From the NCBI GenBank assembly GCA_963514005.1, contig OY740814.1:14570001-14634000 (forward strand): a DNA stretch of 64,000 nucleotides, given 5' to 3'. Below the pieces are notes generated by a model, which saw only the letters and a list, made by a program, of their open reading frames with translations, did not search any database and was not told where the DNA came from. The translations under genes were made by a program, and so were the position numbers. Origin of the DNA: Raja brachyura (Eukaryota). Below, piece after piece: positions 39,722 through 54,660 of the stretch. Numbering within the stretch: position 1 is the stretch's first letter; each line of letters begins with the position of its first letter.

Positions 39722-40639
39722 CCATTTTCTTCATGAGCCTAAGATTTCCAGCTGTCAGTGCAAATGTTGTTGATTTTTAAAAAGGCCTCAAGCACACCCT
39801 TGAATCTTTTCCCTTGTCTACCTAGTGATCTCTTTCAATGCCAGAGGTTTAAAATAGAAAGTTTATTTCAGGAGTCTGGTGTCAGACAAGTGAATAATAT
39901 GTTCTGTCCAGCAGAGTCAATTGAGTGTAATCAGGATTTCAGTCCTGGGGATTATTGGCCTGTGAAAGAATGCTAATGTAGATTTGTTTATTCTTTCAAT
40001 AGGTTTGTAAGTTTTTTCTTTGCATTGGTAGTATTTTGGTGGTTTCCTATCTTGCCCTCGTAGATTACCAGTTCCTGACAAGGCCCTGGAAAACACTGAC
40101 CACAGCGCATACCTCAGGAACCATCTAGTATCCGAGGTAGACATTGATGAAGGAATACATTATCACCTTTAGTGAACCAGCACAGCGTTTGGATACCTGC
40201 GGAAAAGAATGCTTGATGAGCAGGACCTGAAGCCTAGCATAAAACACACTGACTACTGAGTAGTTGTGACCCTGTCCATTTAGCTTTTGTTATAGACCAC
40301 CAATAACTAGCACCTCAAGGCACTAGAGAAAAATCAAGAATAATCACTGTTTAGCTGTTACTGTAAGATTTGTATCTCAATTACATTAAATTCTAATTGA
40401 GGATCAGGAATTTGGTCAGGAACAGCTTTCACAGACGTTCTACAAAGCAATACATTACATTTTTAAAGATAGTTTTCTCTGTATCTGTCCTCCCTCCAGC
40501 AAAAACAGAAGGCTCCCCAAAGACAACTGAAACAGCAAATAGATTATTTCTGTTAGTGTAAAAATGGATTTGATTTGATTTACGCCAAACGGATATCATT
40601 GTTAATATTCTCATAACTACGATAAAGCTAGTTATCATA

Positions 40640-41215
40640 GAGATTGGATAGTTTATATATTCTTGATGGCAGATGGTTGGACAAAAGCCAGAGATGAAAA
40701 GACAAAAGGATTGAAGAGTTGCAAATTGTGAAGCTAGAGGAAGTAATGTAAGTTTAAGGAAAGGGAGAAATTGGTGTGAGCCCAGATGGGTCACAAGGGA
40801 GGGGCAAAGAAAAGAGGTGTGTAGGGGAAGAAAGGGGGGGGGGGGTTTAGTTACCTAGAATTGGGGAATTCAATGTTCAGACCAATGGCTACCCAAGCGG
40901 ACCATGAGGTTCTGTTTCTCCATTTTTAGTGTGGCCTCACACAGGCAATGGAGGGGGCCCTGAACAGAAAAGTCAGCATGGGAATGGGAAGAGGTGTGAA
41001 ATGGTTAGCCACCAGGAGATCCAGAGGGCCTTGGCAGACCATGCGCAAGAGTTCGGCGAAACAGGTGCTGAGTCTACGCTTGGTATCCTGAATGTACAGG
41101 AGGCTATCTTGGGAATACTGGATGCAGTAGATGAGGTGCATGTGAACCTTTATCTCACCTAAAGGGCTATTTGGGGTCACTGGATGCAGGTGTGGGAGGA
41201 GGTCTGGGGATAGGA
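40640..41215 (-). mobile_element. Decayed Penelope-like element (GIY-YIG region)
   Basis: ORF 40926-41180: HLIYCIQYSQDSLLYIQDTKRRLSTCFAELLR...VANHF. Confidence 0.8.
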
Positions 41216-42299
41216 AGATACCTGAACTTGAGAACTTTGCTAACTACAAATAAATAATCAGACCACTTTTATTAAAACAGCAGTAGATCGAATGTTTTAC
41301 TGGACATGTGCTAAAGCATACATTGGCATTAACAATAATAAACACCAAAGAATAAAAGGTTCTTTAGCCCATCACATCTGCTCTATTGGACTTCCTTCAC
41401 TCACTATCTATTAATCCTGTTTCTGTGTCACGTACTAAAGAGCTACACTGAATGCTGGTTCAAATTTGACTTCAGATGTTTCTGTGTGAAACTTGCACAT
41501 TCTCTGCATGGGTTTCCCACGGGTGCTCCAGTTTCCTCCCACATCCTCATTGCATTCTGGTAAATTATCTCTCGGTGTAATTGAAAACTAGTCATTACTT
41601 CAGTCTCACCTCTCATTAATCCACCTTCTGGAAAAAATAGACATCATTTTTGAGCTTTTCCCCATGCTCAGGCCCCAGAGCTAGAACCTTCTTGAAGTCT
41701 GTTCTCTCAAACCTTTTTAATGTGTCCACATCTTTCTCAGATTCAGAGTCCAAAAGTACAAACGTATCGCCATGTTGGCCTTGTCACTGAAGAAATGCCC
41801 AGCCTCTATTGTCACTCTGGGCAATGTCAGTAGTTCTCAGTTGCCTGAAAATATTCATTTATCTCATTAATGAATGCCTGTGACCGAAAGCTTACAAATA
41901 TGATCAATGCTCAGTTGCAATCCTTTTCCCTTTAGCAGCTGGTGGAGGAAGAGGCTGTTTTAAGTCTGTTTAGTTCATTTTGGTTAAAGGATGCAAACTG
42001 TTCTGGAGATTTTCATATCACCCTTCAGGGAAGCTTTTGATTATTTTCTCCTGAGAAGCTGAGTTTGCTTGCCCTTAGTTTTTCATCTATTGCATAATAG
42101 ATTCCTACTCGTTTACATGCATGCTCACTGTTGCTATGTACATTATATATCCACATTAAAATTCATTTGCTGTTTTTTGGTCTAGATTCATTCATGAATC
42201 AAATAGCAAATCCCATTTTTATGTGTTATCATTTCTATGTCACCAGCAAATTTAGTAATATCATTTTGAACAGTTATTCAACTTAATTTGCAAGTATTT

Positions 42300-43210
42300 G
42301 ACAGATTTGGAGGGTGAGCAAAGAAGTGGCAGATGGAATACAGTGTAGCAAAGTGTGCAGTCATACACTTTGGTAGTAGGAATAAAGGCATAGATTATTT
42401 TCTAAATGAGGAGCGGATTCTGAACTCAAATGGATGTGGGAGCACTGCTGCAGTATTCTCAAAAGTTTAATTTGCAGGTTGAATTGGTGATATGGAAGGC
42501 AAATGCAATGTTAGCATTTCTTTCGAGAGGAATAGAAATATAATGCATGGATGTAATGCTATGGCTTTATAGGGCGCTTATCAGACCACATTTGGAATAC
42601 TGTGAGCAGTTCTGGGCCCCATACCTGAGGAGGGATGTGCTGGCTTTGCGGATGGTCCAGAGGAGGTTTACAAAAATGATCATGATCGGGTTAACATATG
42701 ATGAGCGTTTGATGGCTCTTGGCCCATATTCGCTGTAGTTTAGAAGGCTGGGGGGGGGGGGGGGAGGTCTCATTGGAACTTACTGAATACTGAAATGCCT
42801 GCATAACGTGGATGTGGAGAGGATGTTTCCATTAGTGGGAGTGTCTAAGACCAAAGGCACAGCCTCAGAATAAAAGGAAGTACCTTGAGAAAGGAGAGGA
42901 GGAATTTCTTTAGCCAGAGGGTGGTGAATCTGTGGAATTCATTGTCACGGGCAGCTGTAGAGGCAAAATCTTTGGGTATTTTCATAGTGGAGATCGATAG
43001 GTTCTTGATTAGTAAGGGTGTCAAAGGGCAGGAACGGGGTACTGATTGGGGATGATCAGCCATGATCACATTGAATGGCAGTGCTGGCTTGAAGGGCCAA
43101 GTGGCCTACACCTGTACCTATTGTCTATTGTTACGGGGAGAAGGCAGGAGAATGGGGTTGAGTGGGAAAGATAGATCACCGATGATTGAATGGCAGAGTA
43201 TACTCGATGT
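42300..43210 (+). mobile_element. Degraded CR1 3' portion with a second 3' end appended
   Basis: LYRALIRPHLEYCEQFWAPYLRRD; two successive 3' UTR motifs at ~43040-43130 and ~43130-43230. Confidence 0.85.
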
Positions 43211-43416
43211 GCTGAATGGTCTAATTCTGAGGAAAAATATAATTGGGGTTGCAAATAGGTTGGTTTTAATGGGAGTGACGTGGAGTGGCAGGAACATGAT
43301 CGAGCTTGGGTTTGGTGCAGATGATGTGAAGTGTCAGGAATATAATTGGGCTAGGTAGAGGAGTGGGGGGCAAAAAAAGAGATTCAATAACCATTGGTTA
43401 GTCTCTTTATACAGTG

Positions 43417-43838
43417 TTGGCCCCCCTCAGTCATGACTGACCATGGGTGATGCATCCTGATCGGATGCAAGCCTGGGCGATGCCATATGGAGGACAGGCT
43501 GTTGCCCATGCTGTACGTCCCCCCTCTCCACGTCGCTGATCGATCCAAAGGAACAGCAGGGCCATTACAGTTTGGCACCAGCGCCGTTGCATGAGCTGCC
43601 AGAGCAAGGTTGTAGACAACGATGAACTGCCTTAGGGGCTCCGACTCCGGATTTTTTTTAGGTTTACTCCTGGAGCCTTTTCCATGACTGGATATGGCTA
43701 CAAGGCAGTGGAGGTTTTAAATCAGAGTTTTCCCTCTCCTAGATGGACTGCCTTCCCAGGCTGACGACCCCCATCTGCCCGAGACTCGTGGGGGCGGGAG
43801 CGTGTACCTTCCCGTGCATGTCTATAGCACCTGCCCAC
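43417..43838 (-). mobile_element. 422-bp GC-rich non-coding insertion, RTE 5'-UTR-like
   Basis: 9-bp TSD TATACAGTG at 43408-43416 and 43839-43847; minus-strand motif tcgtcagcctgggaaggcagtccatctaggagagggaaaactctga recalls RTE-clade 5' UTRs (from memory). Confidence 0.6.
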
Positions 43839-44091
43839 TATACAGTGAACTGTCTATTTAAGGTTTCTTTCTGTGCGAGTTCACAGGATTTACACAAGTA
43901 GCATGAAATGTGTCTAGCACACCATTCAGGGTTGCTGCAACCTCCGAGCACATTTGCATTGTAAGTGCAGAAGACCTGGGACTAACTCTGCAGCCCTTAC
44001 CCAAAGGACAAAATCTGATTTGGGGTAAAATTCAATAGTCCGTGCACAAAAATGTTGCACCTCATGATCACATTTCTAAGCCTGGGTATTT

Positions 44092-44780
44092 TCATAAGTT
44101 CATAAGTTATAGGAGCAGAATTAGGCCATTCAGCCCATCAAGTCTCTCCACCATTCAATCATGGCTGATTCACAGTCATCTGTTGTAATGAATTCCACAG
44201 TTTCACCACCCTATGACTAAAATAATTCCACCTCATCTCCTTTCTAAAGGTATGTCCTTTTATTTTGAGACTATGGCCCCCACACTACCTGCCTCTCCAC
44301 CTATCTTTGTATCATCTGCATACTTGGCCACAAAGCCTTCAATTCCCTCATCCAAATCAATGATATACATCGTGTAGAGTAGAGTCCCCTGCGGAACATT
44401 GTTACTTATTGGCAGCCAACCAGAAAAAGCCCCCATTTATTGCCACTCCTTGCCTTCTGCCATTCAGCCAACCTGCTGTCCATGCTAGTATCTTCCCTTT
44501 TATACCATGGGCTTTCATCTTTTTTAGCAGCATCAAAGGCCTTCTGAAAAGCCAGGTAAAGCACATCCACTGATCAGTCTGAAGAAGGGTCTCGACCCAA
44601 AACGTCACCCATTCCTTCTCTCCAGAGATGCTGCCTGACCCGATGACTCCAGCAATTTGTGTCCACTGACTCTCCTTTGTCTATCCTATTATTTATTTCC
44701 TAAAAGAATTCCAACAGATTCATCAGGCAAGATCTCCCTTTCACAAAACAATGCTGACATTGTCCTATTTTATCATGTTT
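44092..44780 (-). mobile_element. Internally deleted CR1 fragment carrying a Penelope-terminus insert (~44574-44661)
   Basis: cataagtt-repeat tail; RT motifs; insert ctgaagaagggtctcgacccaaaacgtc flanked by TCCACTGA repeats. Confidence 0.75.
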
Positions 44781-47700
44781 CTAGGTACTCATGAAATATT
44801 TCATCTTTTCACTGCAATATTATTGACTAATTGTCTACTGCTGACTATAAAGAAAATTAATATCTGCTGCATAATCTACATCTATACTTTAATTTTGTTT
44901 ATTAAAAGTTTATTGAAAATAATGTAATTTCCAGCGGGGCTTGGAACAAGGGAACTGCTAATACAGCTTAAACATTTATAAAAACTATTAAAAATTCTTC
45001 GAACAAATGAAAGTGGATGAGTTAAGTATTAAAACCAATCTGAAACTCATTCAATTTTTTATTTGCTAGAAAGACTAAACAATTTCTTGCAAGTTCTTAT
45101 TTTCAGTGCCGTCACATCACTGTCTGGACTCACTGACAGTTTATTTATTACATCTCTCTGAGTTGTGTCTTTTTTCTCTGAAGAGTTTATGAGATGGTGA
45201 TAGTGATCTGGAATGTATCTATGTTGAGTTTATGCGAGGGAAGAAGAACAAAGGCATGCAGTTGACCATGGCAAGCTAAATTCAACTGGGGATTAGATTT
45301 AGCCCATACCAAGCATTTAACTTTATTCCAATCTTTTTTTTTATCAGACACTGCTGAGAAGTTATCAGATGAATACATAACTGTACATTAAAAAAAAAGA
45401 AATGATTAATTTGATAAAAGCTGAAGCTTCCTACAATTTGTTCCCAAACCGTCCTTTAACCCAGCTTTACAAAAGTATTGAACCCTGGAATGCTTTTCTA
45501 TTCCTAAGGAGTTATACATAGATCCCTTCCACACGGAGCTTAAATTTGATAGCCAAGTTGTAACTGACCTTACCCACTTCAGTGAAAACCTTCATAGTTA
45601 GGAAAAATAAATATTCCATCCAAATGATTTGTTTAATATGTGATTAACATAGAAACATAGAAAGGTACAAATCAGTAACATGCCAGTGCCAACATTCATG
45701 CCAGTGCCAACATTAATGCCAAATTAAGTTAATCCAGTCTGCCTGCATATGGTGCATATCCCTCTTTTTTTCTGCATGTGTTTGTGTGTCTCCTTCCCTA
45801 GCACTGCATTCCAAGCACCTACTACTTTGTATAAAACAACATTTGCCTCTCAAATTTCTCCAACTCAAAGTTGTGCCCTGTAGCATTTATAATTTCCATC
45901 CTGGGAAAAAGACTCTGACTAACCTACCCTATCTCTGCCTCTCATTATTTTATGGCCATTACTCAGACTCCGACACTTCAGAGAAAACAACCCAAGTTTG
46001 TTCAACCTCTGACCAGCGGCCTCAGTTGGATTGAATTAGTCATAATATCTCCTCTACCCTGATTCTCAATACTGGTGCTCCTCAGGGTATAATGTGCCCA
46101 ATCCCCTTCCCTATTACCTGTACACCCAGGACTGAGTGGCCAAGTACAGCGCCAACCTGATCTTTAACTTCACAAATGATACCATTGGCAGCCAGATCAA
46201 CAACAATGATGAGACGGAGTACAGGAAAAGTATCCCAAATCTTGTGTCGTGGTGTCAGATCAACAACCTAGCTCTCAATTCCTGGTATGCGAATACTTGG
46301 CCAATAAACTTACTTACATACTTAATGCCATAAGGAGGGAATAGTTGGTTGTTGGTAGCAGGAGAATAAACATAACACTGTCCTCAATGATTAGTTAACC
46401 CTTTCACCTAATCTCCAAAATTAATTACAGCAAGTCATTCACCAAGAAATATAAAATTGAATATTTCTTTGTGCTACTCCTGACAACAAAGAATATTGGG
46501 TAGAAAATCTGTTATCCAATACTGACCTGATTTCCTGCTTAACCTGATATGTAAATAACATAGAGAAGCTTGAGCCTGGTGATAATCTGTCTGATTTTAT
46601 TGCTTTCTGTCACTGACTACGTGCCATGTGGGATCACCAGGAGAGCAGTTTCTTCATATGGGGGGCAAAGGCCCTAAACTTTGACCTTTTACTGACTCGG
46701 GTCAATCTGAAATTTAACATTCATGAAACGTCTGACCCCATGGGTCTGACCTCCTCTCCTGCCCTGGAGAGGGGGAGCTTCTCTGGGCAGTGAGTATCCT
46801 GCCGGGAGCTCATTCGTGAATTGGAAGCAATGACTCAGAGAAATGGACTGAAATTACAGTGGGAATGCTACAACAGTAAAAGCCCAATTCAATCTTCCCC
46901 TGATGGAATGCAGGAAAAACCTGGTGTCTAAGTTTTAATATGCAGCACCCTAATGTGGCAAATTGATATTCAGAGCCACAATCCAAATTAAATGATGCCC
47001 TGGCGCAATAGTAACAATAAATGCCACTTAGTCACGCTGCTGCCTATCCACAGAAGCAACCAATGATCCTTGTTGGAAGCACAGTTTTTACTACCACATG
47101 CAGTGAGTTTGACCTCGTCTGCCATCTGTGGTGGAACTGTGAAGAAACAAGCTGCATCCATAGAAGCCAGATCAAGAAATTCCAGAAAAATATATATAAT
47201 TTCAAAGTCTGGTAAGAATAATCCCGCTTTCATTTTCAAAAGATTTCTGATGGTGTTTCTTCACCATTTTCTCACTCTGGTTGTGCTTTGAAAAGCATCC
47301 AGTCAATTGTCCCAGTTGGGAAGGATTAATATGTAGGAGTGATTGTAAAACAAAAAAGGCTGGCTGGAATGTGAGATCAAATAGGTAAACTCTAGGATAG
47401 GTTAGTGCAGCAAAGGATGATGTGGAGATGAAGGAATTTGGAGGAATGGGCTCTGACCAACAGCTCATTTCAGGTTCGAAAATTACTTGTGAAAAACATA
47501 AAAATGAGAAGTTGGCAGCTTTCAGCCTTTCTTCCCTTCTAACTCTGTCATCAGAAAACAAACGGCAGGCACAAACAAATCAGAAAAGTGACAAATGATC
47601 TATAGTGTCTCATTACCTCTCTGTGCACTGTTAAAGGCATCATACTCATTTATTCAAACAGATTACAAATGTTTAGTTCACTCTAAACACCACAAATAGT

Positions 47701-49439
47701 CACTGAGGGACTCTGTTAGTGAGTTAAATATCTTTTTCCATACAAACCATAAATCTATTACAACAGTATTAGAGGCTAGACATATTTCAATTACATTATA
47801 AATATATGATTACGTGTAGCTCCATTTAGTGGTGAGAATGCACTGGTGATGCTTTCCAACTGCTGAGAGTAGGATTATTGCCAGTAGGGAATACTAAAAC
47901 AATCTATAATTATCAGTCCAGCTGGGTTAAATCTGTTGGTGCTCACAAAATTAATGAGGCAATTTATGGGAATATTAAATACTGGCTGATATGTCTTCGT
48001 GAAAAAAAATCAAATAAATTGTTGCATGTATAGGATCCTATATAATAATTGCCAAATATGATTACATTTTTCACAACATTCCTGTTGAATATGTTGCAAG
48101 AACTGTGCAATCCCTGGACATTTTCAGCCATTCATAATCAACGATTTCATCTCAGAATGCTGTCATTTTAGTAAGACTGTAATAGACGATAGACATTGAT
48201 CCCTTATAAGCACCTGAATCCAGAATCACAGAAATCAAAATGTATTTGCTCAATTGACTGGACAATTATTCAGTCTCAGGAAGTATTGCTGCTTCATTAC
48301 ACTCATTATACCTCCACACAATTTAAGCCCACAATCCCATCTCCACACTCTTGGTAGATATAATAAATGACAATCTTTCTACAGTCAGAATTTTGACACA
48401 ACACTAAATTGCAGGCAAATATTCTACCAAGCATTACATAGGAACACACAGAAGGCACAGATGGAAAAAACCCTTCAGATTCTTAATTAAGTGGCTTGTG
48501 AGTGTCATGACAGGTAATGCAACTGACTTGTCACTATTTTTCAAGTGAAATGAAGAAGAATGTATCAATGAAAGTGAACAAAGTGCCTCTGTGGTACATT
48601 AAATGTTGTGCCTGTTTGCATTTTCTGACTAGTAAACTATACTTCTTGTTGTGCACATCTTTCATACTTTAAAATCAAACTCTTTTCCACTATAAATTCT
48701 AAACCCATCTAAATCTATAATGGAAAGCATTGATATAAATGCGTCTCTCTGTAACACCTTGGCTTTGTCTCAGCTTCTCAGCCTAAGAAGAACTCTTAGG
48801 CTTCTACCAATGTGTGAATTATCATTTAGCTGTAAATAATAATCAGTTAACTCCAAACTACTTCAAGGTTTTTCAACTCTTCAAGGCCCCAAAATACAGT
48901 TGTCAGTATGGGTGAACACCACTCCACTTCTTCCAGAAATATTTTATAATAATAATTCAATGATTGAATTATACATTATTGTCACTTGTACATAGGTGCA
49001 GTGAAATGCTTTGTTTTGCATTTAATCTGGTAAAATCGTACAGCAGGCAGTACACATGAGTCACTACGTGCATGGCACCGACAAAGTTTCAAAAGTTCAC
49101 TGCCCGCCTGCTGTCGCATGTGGCAGCAGGTGGTCCCCCACCGGGACCCCCATTGTTGTCGGCGGCTTCCCGCCGGCCCCTCCCTTCATTCTCATCGGCC
49201 TGGGTCCACGTACGGTACATCTCTCTCTCAACTGCCCACTTCACTCTTGGTGGCGTGGGACCTGTCAACGCCGGTGGCTCAGTGCATAGTTTGGAGTTCG
49301 TGGTGGGCGTGCCTGGCCTACTGGCGAGACCGCCGTCCGTGGCGAGCAAGTTTCCGGTCAGTGGCGGAAAGCCCGGCCTGCTGGTGGGCTTGATAGTTAA
49401 TAATATTAGCAAAACATGCAAGGGAAAGTCAGAAGATTG

Positions 49440-51600
49440 TGGTAACATAAGATGGCTTTAGTTCTGTACAGGGTTCTTTTGGAAGTGCATATACAACCTT
49501 GATAAAGGGCCTGTCCCACTGCGGCGACCTAATTGGCGAGTTTAGAAGAGTTTAGGGGAGTTTGAAAAAGTGTCATGTTGAAGACCTCCTTCGACTATGT
49601 TGAAGACTAGCTTCGGGAAAATTGGAAAACGAATAGTGGAGAGTGAAGACGACCTCCTTCGATCACCTTCGACCTCCCTTCAACTATGTTGAAGACTATC
49701 TATGACTACATTTGACTATCCTCGATTACCTACGAATACCATGCCGACCTACTACGACCTACTCAGGCTAAACCTACGAGTAAAAACAAATAGCGATTTT
49801 TTCCATGGCGACCTTTTTTTACTTGCGGGCATTTTTCAGCATGTTGCAAAATACGCCGTGGCCTAGCTGAGGCCTCGAGTACGTGGGGACTTCTCTCGAG
49901 CATGAAGGAGAGTTAGAAAGACCTTCTAGGACCTCGTGTCGACCATGCTGTGAGTATGAGTCGAGGGCAAACTCTTCTGAACTCGGGGATTAAGTCGCCG
50001 CAGTGGGACAGGCCCTTAAGGCTGTCAGAAAAGCAAAGAGACACTTACAGTCTAAATTGATGGATGAGACAGACGTTCAGCAGCTGTGGCAGGGCTTACA
50101 TTCCATCATTTCCTACCAGGCAAACCCAATTTGTATCTCAAGTGACAGCAAGGCATCACACCTGAATGCCCTCAATGTTTTCTATGCTCAGTTTGAAAGG
50201 GAGAAGATCGATGTACCTCCTCATGCCAAGTAGCCCTGGTGACACTGTAATCTCAATCACCATGGCTGATGTTAGAAGATCCTCATCAGGGTGAACCCTC
50301 GGAAAGCATCTGGCTCTGATGCGAGTACCTGGCCACATTCTTAAAACCTGCACGGACCAACTAGCTGGACACCTTCAACCGCTCATTACTAAGGTCTGAC
50401 GTTCCAACCAGCTTTAAAAGGATATCAATAATACTGGTCCCCAAAAATAATAAGGTGACATGCCTCAATGACTGCGACCAGTGACACTAACATCCTTGGT
50501 GATTTGAGAGGGTGGTTATGAGGCATACGAACTCCTGCATTAGTAAGGACCTGGACCCAATTGACTTATTGCTGTTGTTTATCGACTACAACGTTCAACA
50601 TCATCATCCCCTCGAAACCTATCTTCAAACTCAGAGAACTTGGTCTCTGTTCATCCATATGTAATTGGATCTTCAATTTCCTTATCGGCAGATCACAATC
50701 AGTATGAATTGCCATCAATATTTCCTCCTCGATAATGATTATCACGGGAGCGCCTCAAGGCTGTGTGCTCAGTTCCCTGTTCTACTATCTCTATACCCAT
50801 GGCTGCATAGCCAGATACAGTTCCAACAACCATCTTTCAATTCATTCACAATACCATGGTTGTTGGATGGATAACAGTTAACGATGAATCAAACAGGAGA
50901 TAATAGGAGGGAAAATGAATATATTTTTGAATGGTGCTAGAACAACAATTTTGCTTCAATGTGAGCAAGATGAAGGAGTTTATTATTGACTTCAGGAAGG
51001 GAAAGCCAGGAATGCACAATCCTGTCTTCATCCACGGGGCGGCGTTGGAGAGAGTCAATAGCTTCAAATTCCTGGGCATTCATATCGCTGAACATCTGTC
51101 CTGGGCCCAGCACATTGATGCAATTACAAAGAAAACTCATCAATGCCTCTCCTTCCTTAGAAGATTGATGGGATTCAGCATGGCAATGAATACTCTATCA
51201 AACGTCTTTAAGTGTATGATAGAGAACATAGTGACTAATTAAGTCACCACCTGGTTCAGCAACTTAAATGCCCATCGTCTTCACCTCCCCACCAGCGAAG
51301 GGATCTATAGGAGGTGCTGCCTCAAGTAGGCAGCCATTATCATCAAAGATGCACACTCTAGTCACAATCTCATTTCGCTATTGCTACTGGGAAGAAGGTA
51401 CAAGAGCCTGAAAAATGTGACAACCAGTCTCAAGAGCAGCTTCTTCTTAACAACCATCAGGCTCTTGAACATTACACAACACTAACCTGAGCAACTATGA
51501 TCTTCTATGAACTGTGTCCTTGGTTGCACTACAGACTTTGGTCTTTACACTATTATGGTTACAGTTATTAATTTATTGAATTTTTAATTACAATATTATT
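49440..51600 (+). mobile_element. Rex1/Babar-type LINE, decayed RT to 3' end, interrupted by a MITE
   Basis: VQQLWQGL..I..Y, GAPQGCVLS, FNVSKMKEFIIDFRK, RVNSFKFLGIHIAEHLSW, GRRYKSLK. Confidence 0.85.
49506..50016. mobile_element. PIF/Harbinger-type MITE, 511 bp
   Basis: TIRs AGGGCCTGTCCCACTGCGGCGAC(C/T)TAAT; TAA TSD at 49503-49505 and 50017-50019. Confidence 0.9.
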
Positions 51601-52139
51601 TCTGTGTCATCACACCTTGACCCTGCCTTTTTCTCTTGCATTCCCCATTGGATGATGAGAACTTCCATAGGCCAGGCGAATATGCCGACCTGTCGAGTGC
51701 TAATGCTGCCTTCTTAATACTATTACACGCAAAATTACTCAGTTATTATTGAGGCAACACCGGTCAGGTTTCCATCAATGCAATTAGTGTTAAATATTTC
51801 TTCTCGGCAATTACTCCAGAACTATTTATGCCAGCATTTGCTCAGATATCTTTAAATAGACACATTCTAATTTTCAGAGGGGTCAATGCCTTTGAACTGA
51901 AGTTTGGGGAGGGGGACCATTCCATCGCTTACACGTATTTCTGATAATGTAATGCATACAGCAGAGGCAGCAGGCACATCAATTTTAACCTGGATAGAAT
52001 AAATGAGCAAGAAAGCTAATAATTGTAGTGATTATTGTATTGAGACCAGCAAGGTTCCTCGTTCTGTGAGCATTTGGGAAAATCATTGTGTTTTTCTTAC
52101 ACTAGGACATAACAGTGAGGTATGTTGAGAATGTTCTTA

Positions 52140-52277
<138 letters not shown>

Positions 52278-53751
52278 CTACAAACAGGAGAAAGTAAAAT
52301 TCCATTACAGTTGCACTCTTTACGGAATCGTCAAGGTATTTGAATAATCTTCCAATACAATCCAATGCCATACTTTCCAAGGAATAGTGTGGATCGTCAT
52401 CAATTTGCACAATAATCTAATGGTATGATAAACGTGGAGCTGACAATAGTAATTTGTTGTGCAGTTTCCTCAGTGCTTAATTTGATGTTTTTTAACGTGT
52501 TTAATGTTATTTGTAATGTTGAGAGAGCAACAATTTAATTTATTCAACATGGCAACATGCACCAATCTTTCCTAAATACATTTTCAGATCCAATGTTGAT
52601 CCAGTTGCATCCTTGTGACCTTGTACTGTACTTTTCTCATAGAATAATTTAGAAGGTGCCTCAAATAAGTGAGCAAGAAATCTATTCATCTTAGTAATCA
52701 CTTTAAGATCTACTAATTGTTTTCACCTGTGGCAAGGATAAAATTCTGCTGGAAGCTTTCACATTTATACCAAGAAATGGGCAAATTATTCTGCAGAAAG
52801 GTGTAATGTATTGTAATTCTGCACATCATGCTTTCCGGCCACATTTACTACATTAGTAGAGTTAAAGTACTTTGCCTTCTGTATACTATCTATCAATTTC
52901 ACAAAAGGCCAATGTTGAAGATGCCAAACATTTACAATGAAAGAAATGCTGACAATGTTCAGCAAAACAGTTCTAATGAAAGACCCCAAACCAGAATTGT
53001 TAACTTTGCTTTTATCACACATTTCCTGTCTGGCATACTGTGTAACTCCAGCAATTACTGTTGATACCACAAACTAATTAAAATCTAATTGAATAAACGT
53101 TCCTGGTAGAGCAATTCCACTCTATGTCATTGAAGAGTACTTGCCTGCTTTCTGACAGGTAATATGGGCAGCTTGTTGTCATTTCAAATTTAATTCCTGA
53201 ATTCACATACGCTCTGCACTGACACTGAACTACCGTAGCTTTATAGAACTATATTGTTCAGTATAGCGTGCACATGTGCTTTTTTGGCTGGACAAATTTA
53301 TTCTCAGAATTTAATTCATAGTTTGGATTTTGTGAACCTCAGTGTCCACCCATGATTAAATATTACCCCTGCTAGCTTTCATGTCCAGTTCCAGAGATAC
53401 ATTTGGTAGGGCAAAACTGTACCTAATTATTTTGTCAGATCCCATTTGAAAATCGAAAAAAGTAAAAATGCTGGGAATTATCAGTAAGTCAGACAGTATC
53501 TGCAGATAAATAGTGTTAATATTTTAGGTCAATTGTCTCTCAACAGAACTATCTGCCTCTTGAGACTTTAATGTTTTGCAGTGGGAATGCTAAGTTGTCA
53601 GAGGTGCCATATTTCAAATGAGACATTAAACTGAATATATTTTTGGTGGACATGAAAAAGCACAGAATCCATTACCATAGAATACAGACAAGAAAGCTAT
53701 TTGGCACATTGTGTTTGCTGCCATATTACACCAAAGCGTGAAGGAATTTTA

Positions 53752-53949
<198 letters not shown>

Positions 53950-54454
53950 TTACTACAAAAGATTGCATTATCTGGAAAAATCTAATAAAATTAGTATCTC
54001 TGTGGGATAATACAATTATTGCTGAATACACTGTATTCTTGAGCAAACAGTTTCTGTTTGCCATAGTTTTAATACAGGCAATACTTTTAGTATGATAAAC
54101 GGATTAAAGGAAAAAAAGAATCAAATAAATATTGTGACATATCTGAAGACACTTATAATGTTTTTTACATGCCAATGTTTAATAACAAATTCGCCTTTAG
54201 TGTTTTATGATGTTGCCAGTACCATTTGATTGAATCAAACTTTGAAGTCAGTTTTTATAATTCACAATGTTATATGTTATTGTGAAGGACAGGATCCACA
54301 AGAAGCAATAGCAGGAGAGGGTGCCCTCTGGACTATTTTCATGCATTGTACGATTACATTTTTTCTCATTTATATAATCTTCTTTGGTATTTGAATGCAA
54401 AGCATTCACGAGTGCAAAACTGAAATTTATTTCCCATTTCCAAAAGCAACTATC

Positions 54455-54660
54455 TGTTTAGTTTATTGATACAGCAAACAGGCCCTTCGGCCCACCGAGT
54501 CCGTGATGACCAACGGCCCCCTGTACACTAGTTACATCCTACACACTAGACAATATATAGAAGACAATTAACACACAGAGATGGACGCCTTTGGAATGTG
54601 GGAGGACACCGGAGCACCCGGAGAAGACCCATGCTGTCACAGGGTGACCATACAAACTCT
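54455..54660 (-). mobile_element. V-SINE fragment
   Basis: ggcccttcggcccaccgagtcc...ggaatgtgggagga.accggagcacccggag. Confidence 0.75.

Noticed and set aside
48945-49461. GC-rich overlapping ORFs or possible internal promoter
   Set aside because: Abuts a LINE/SINE-type 3' tail on the minus strand (ttattgtcacttgtac...gtgaaatgctttg); most likely a retroposon body.
49530-49780. Short repeated motifs suggesting a CRISPR-like array
   Set aside because: Irregular subterminal repeats inside a Harbinger MITE; no constant repeat-spacer period, and the context is eukaryotic.
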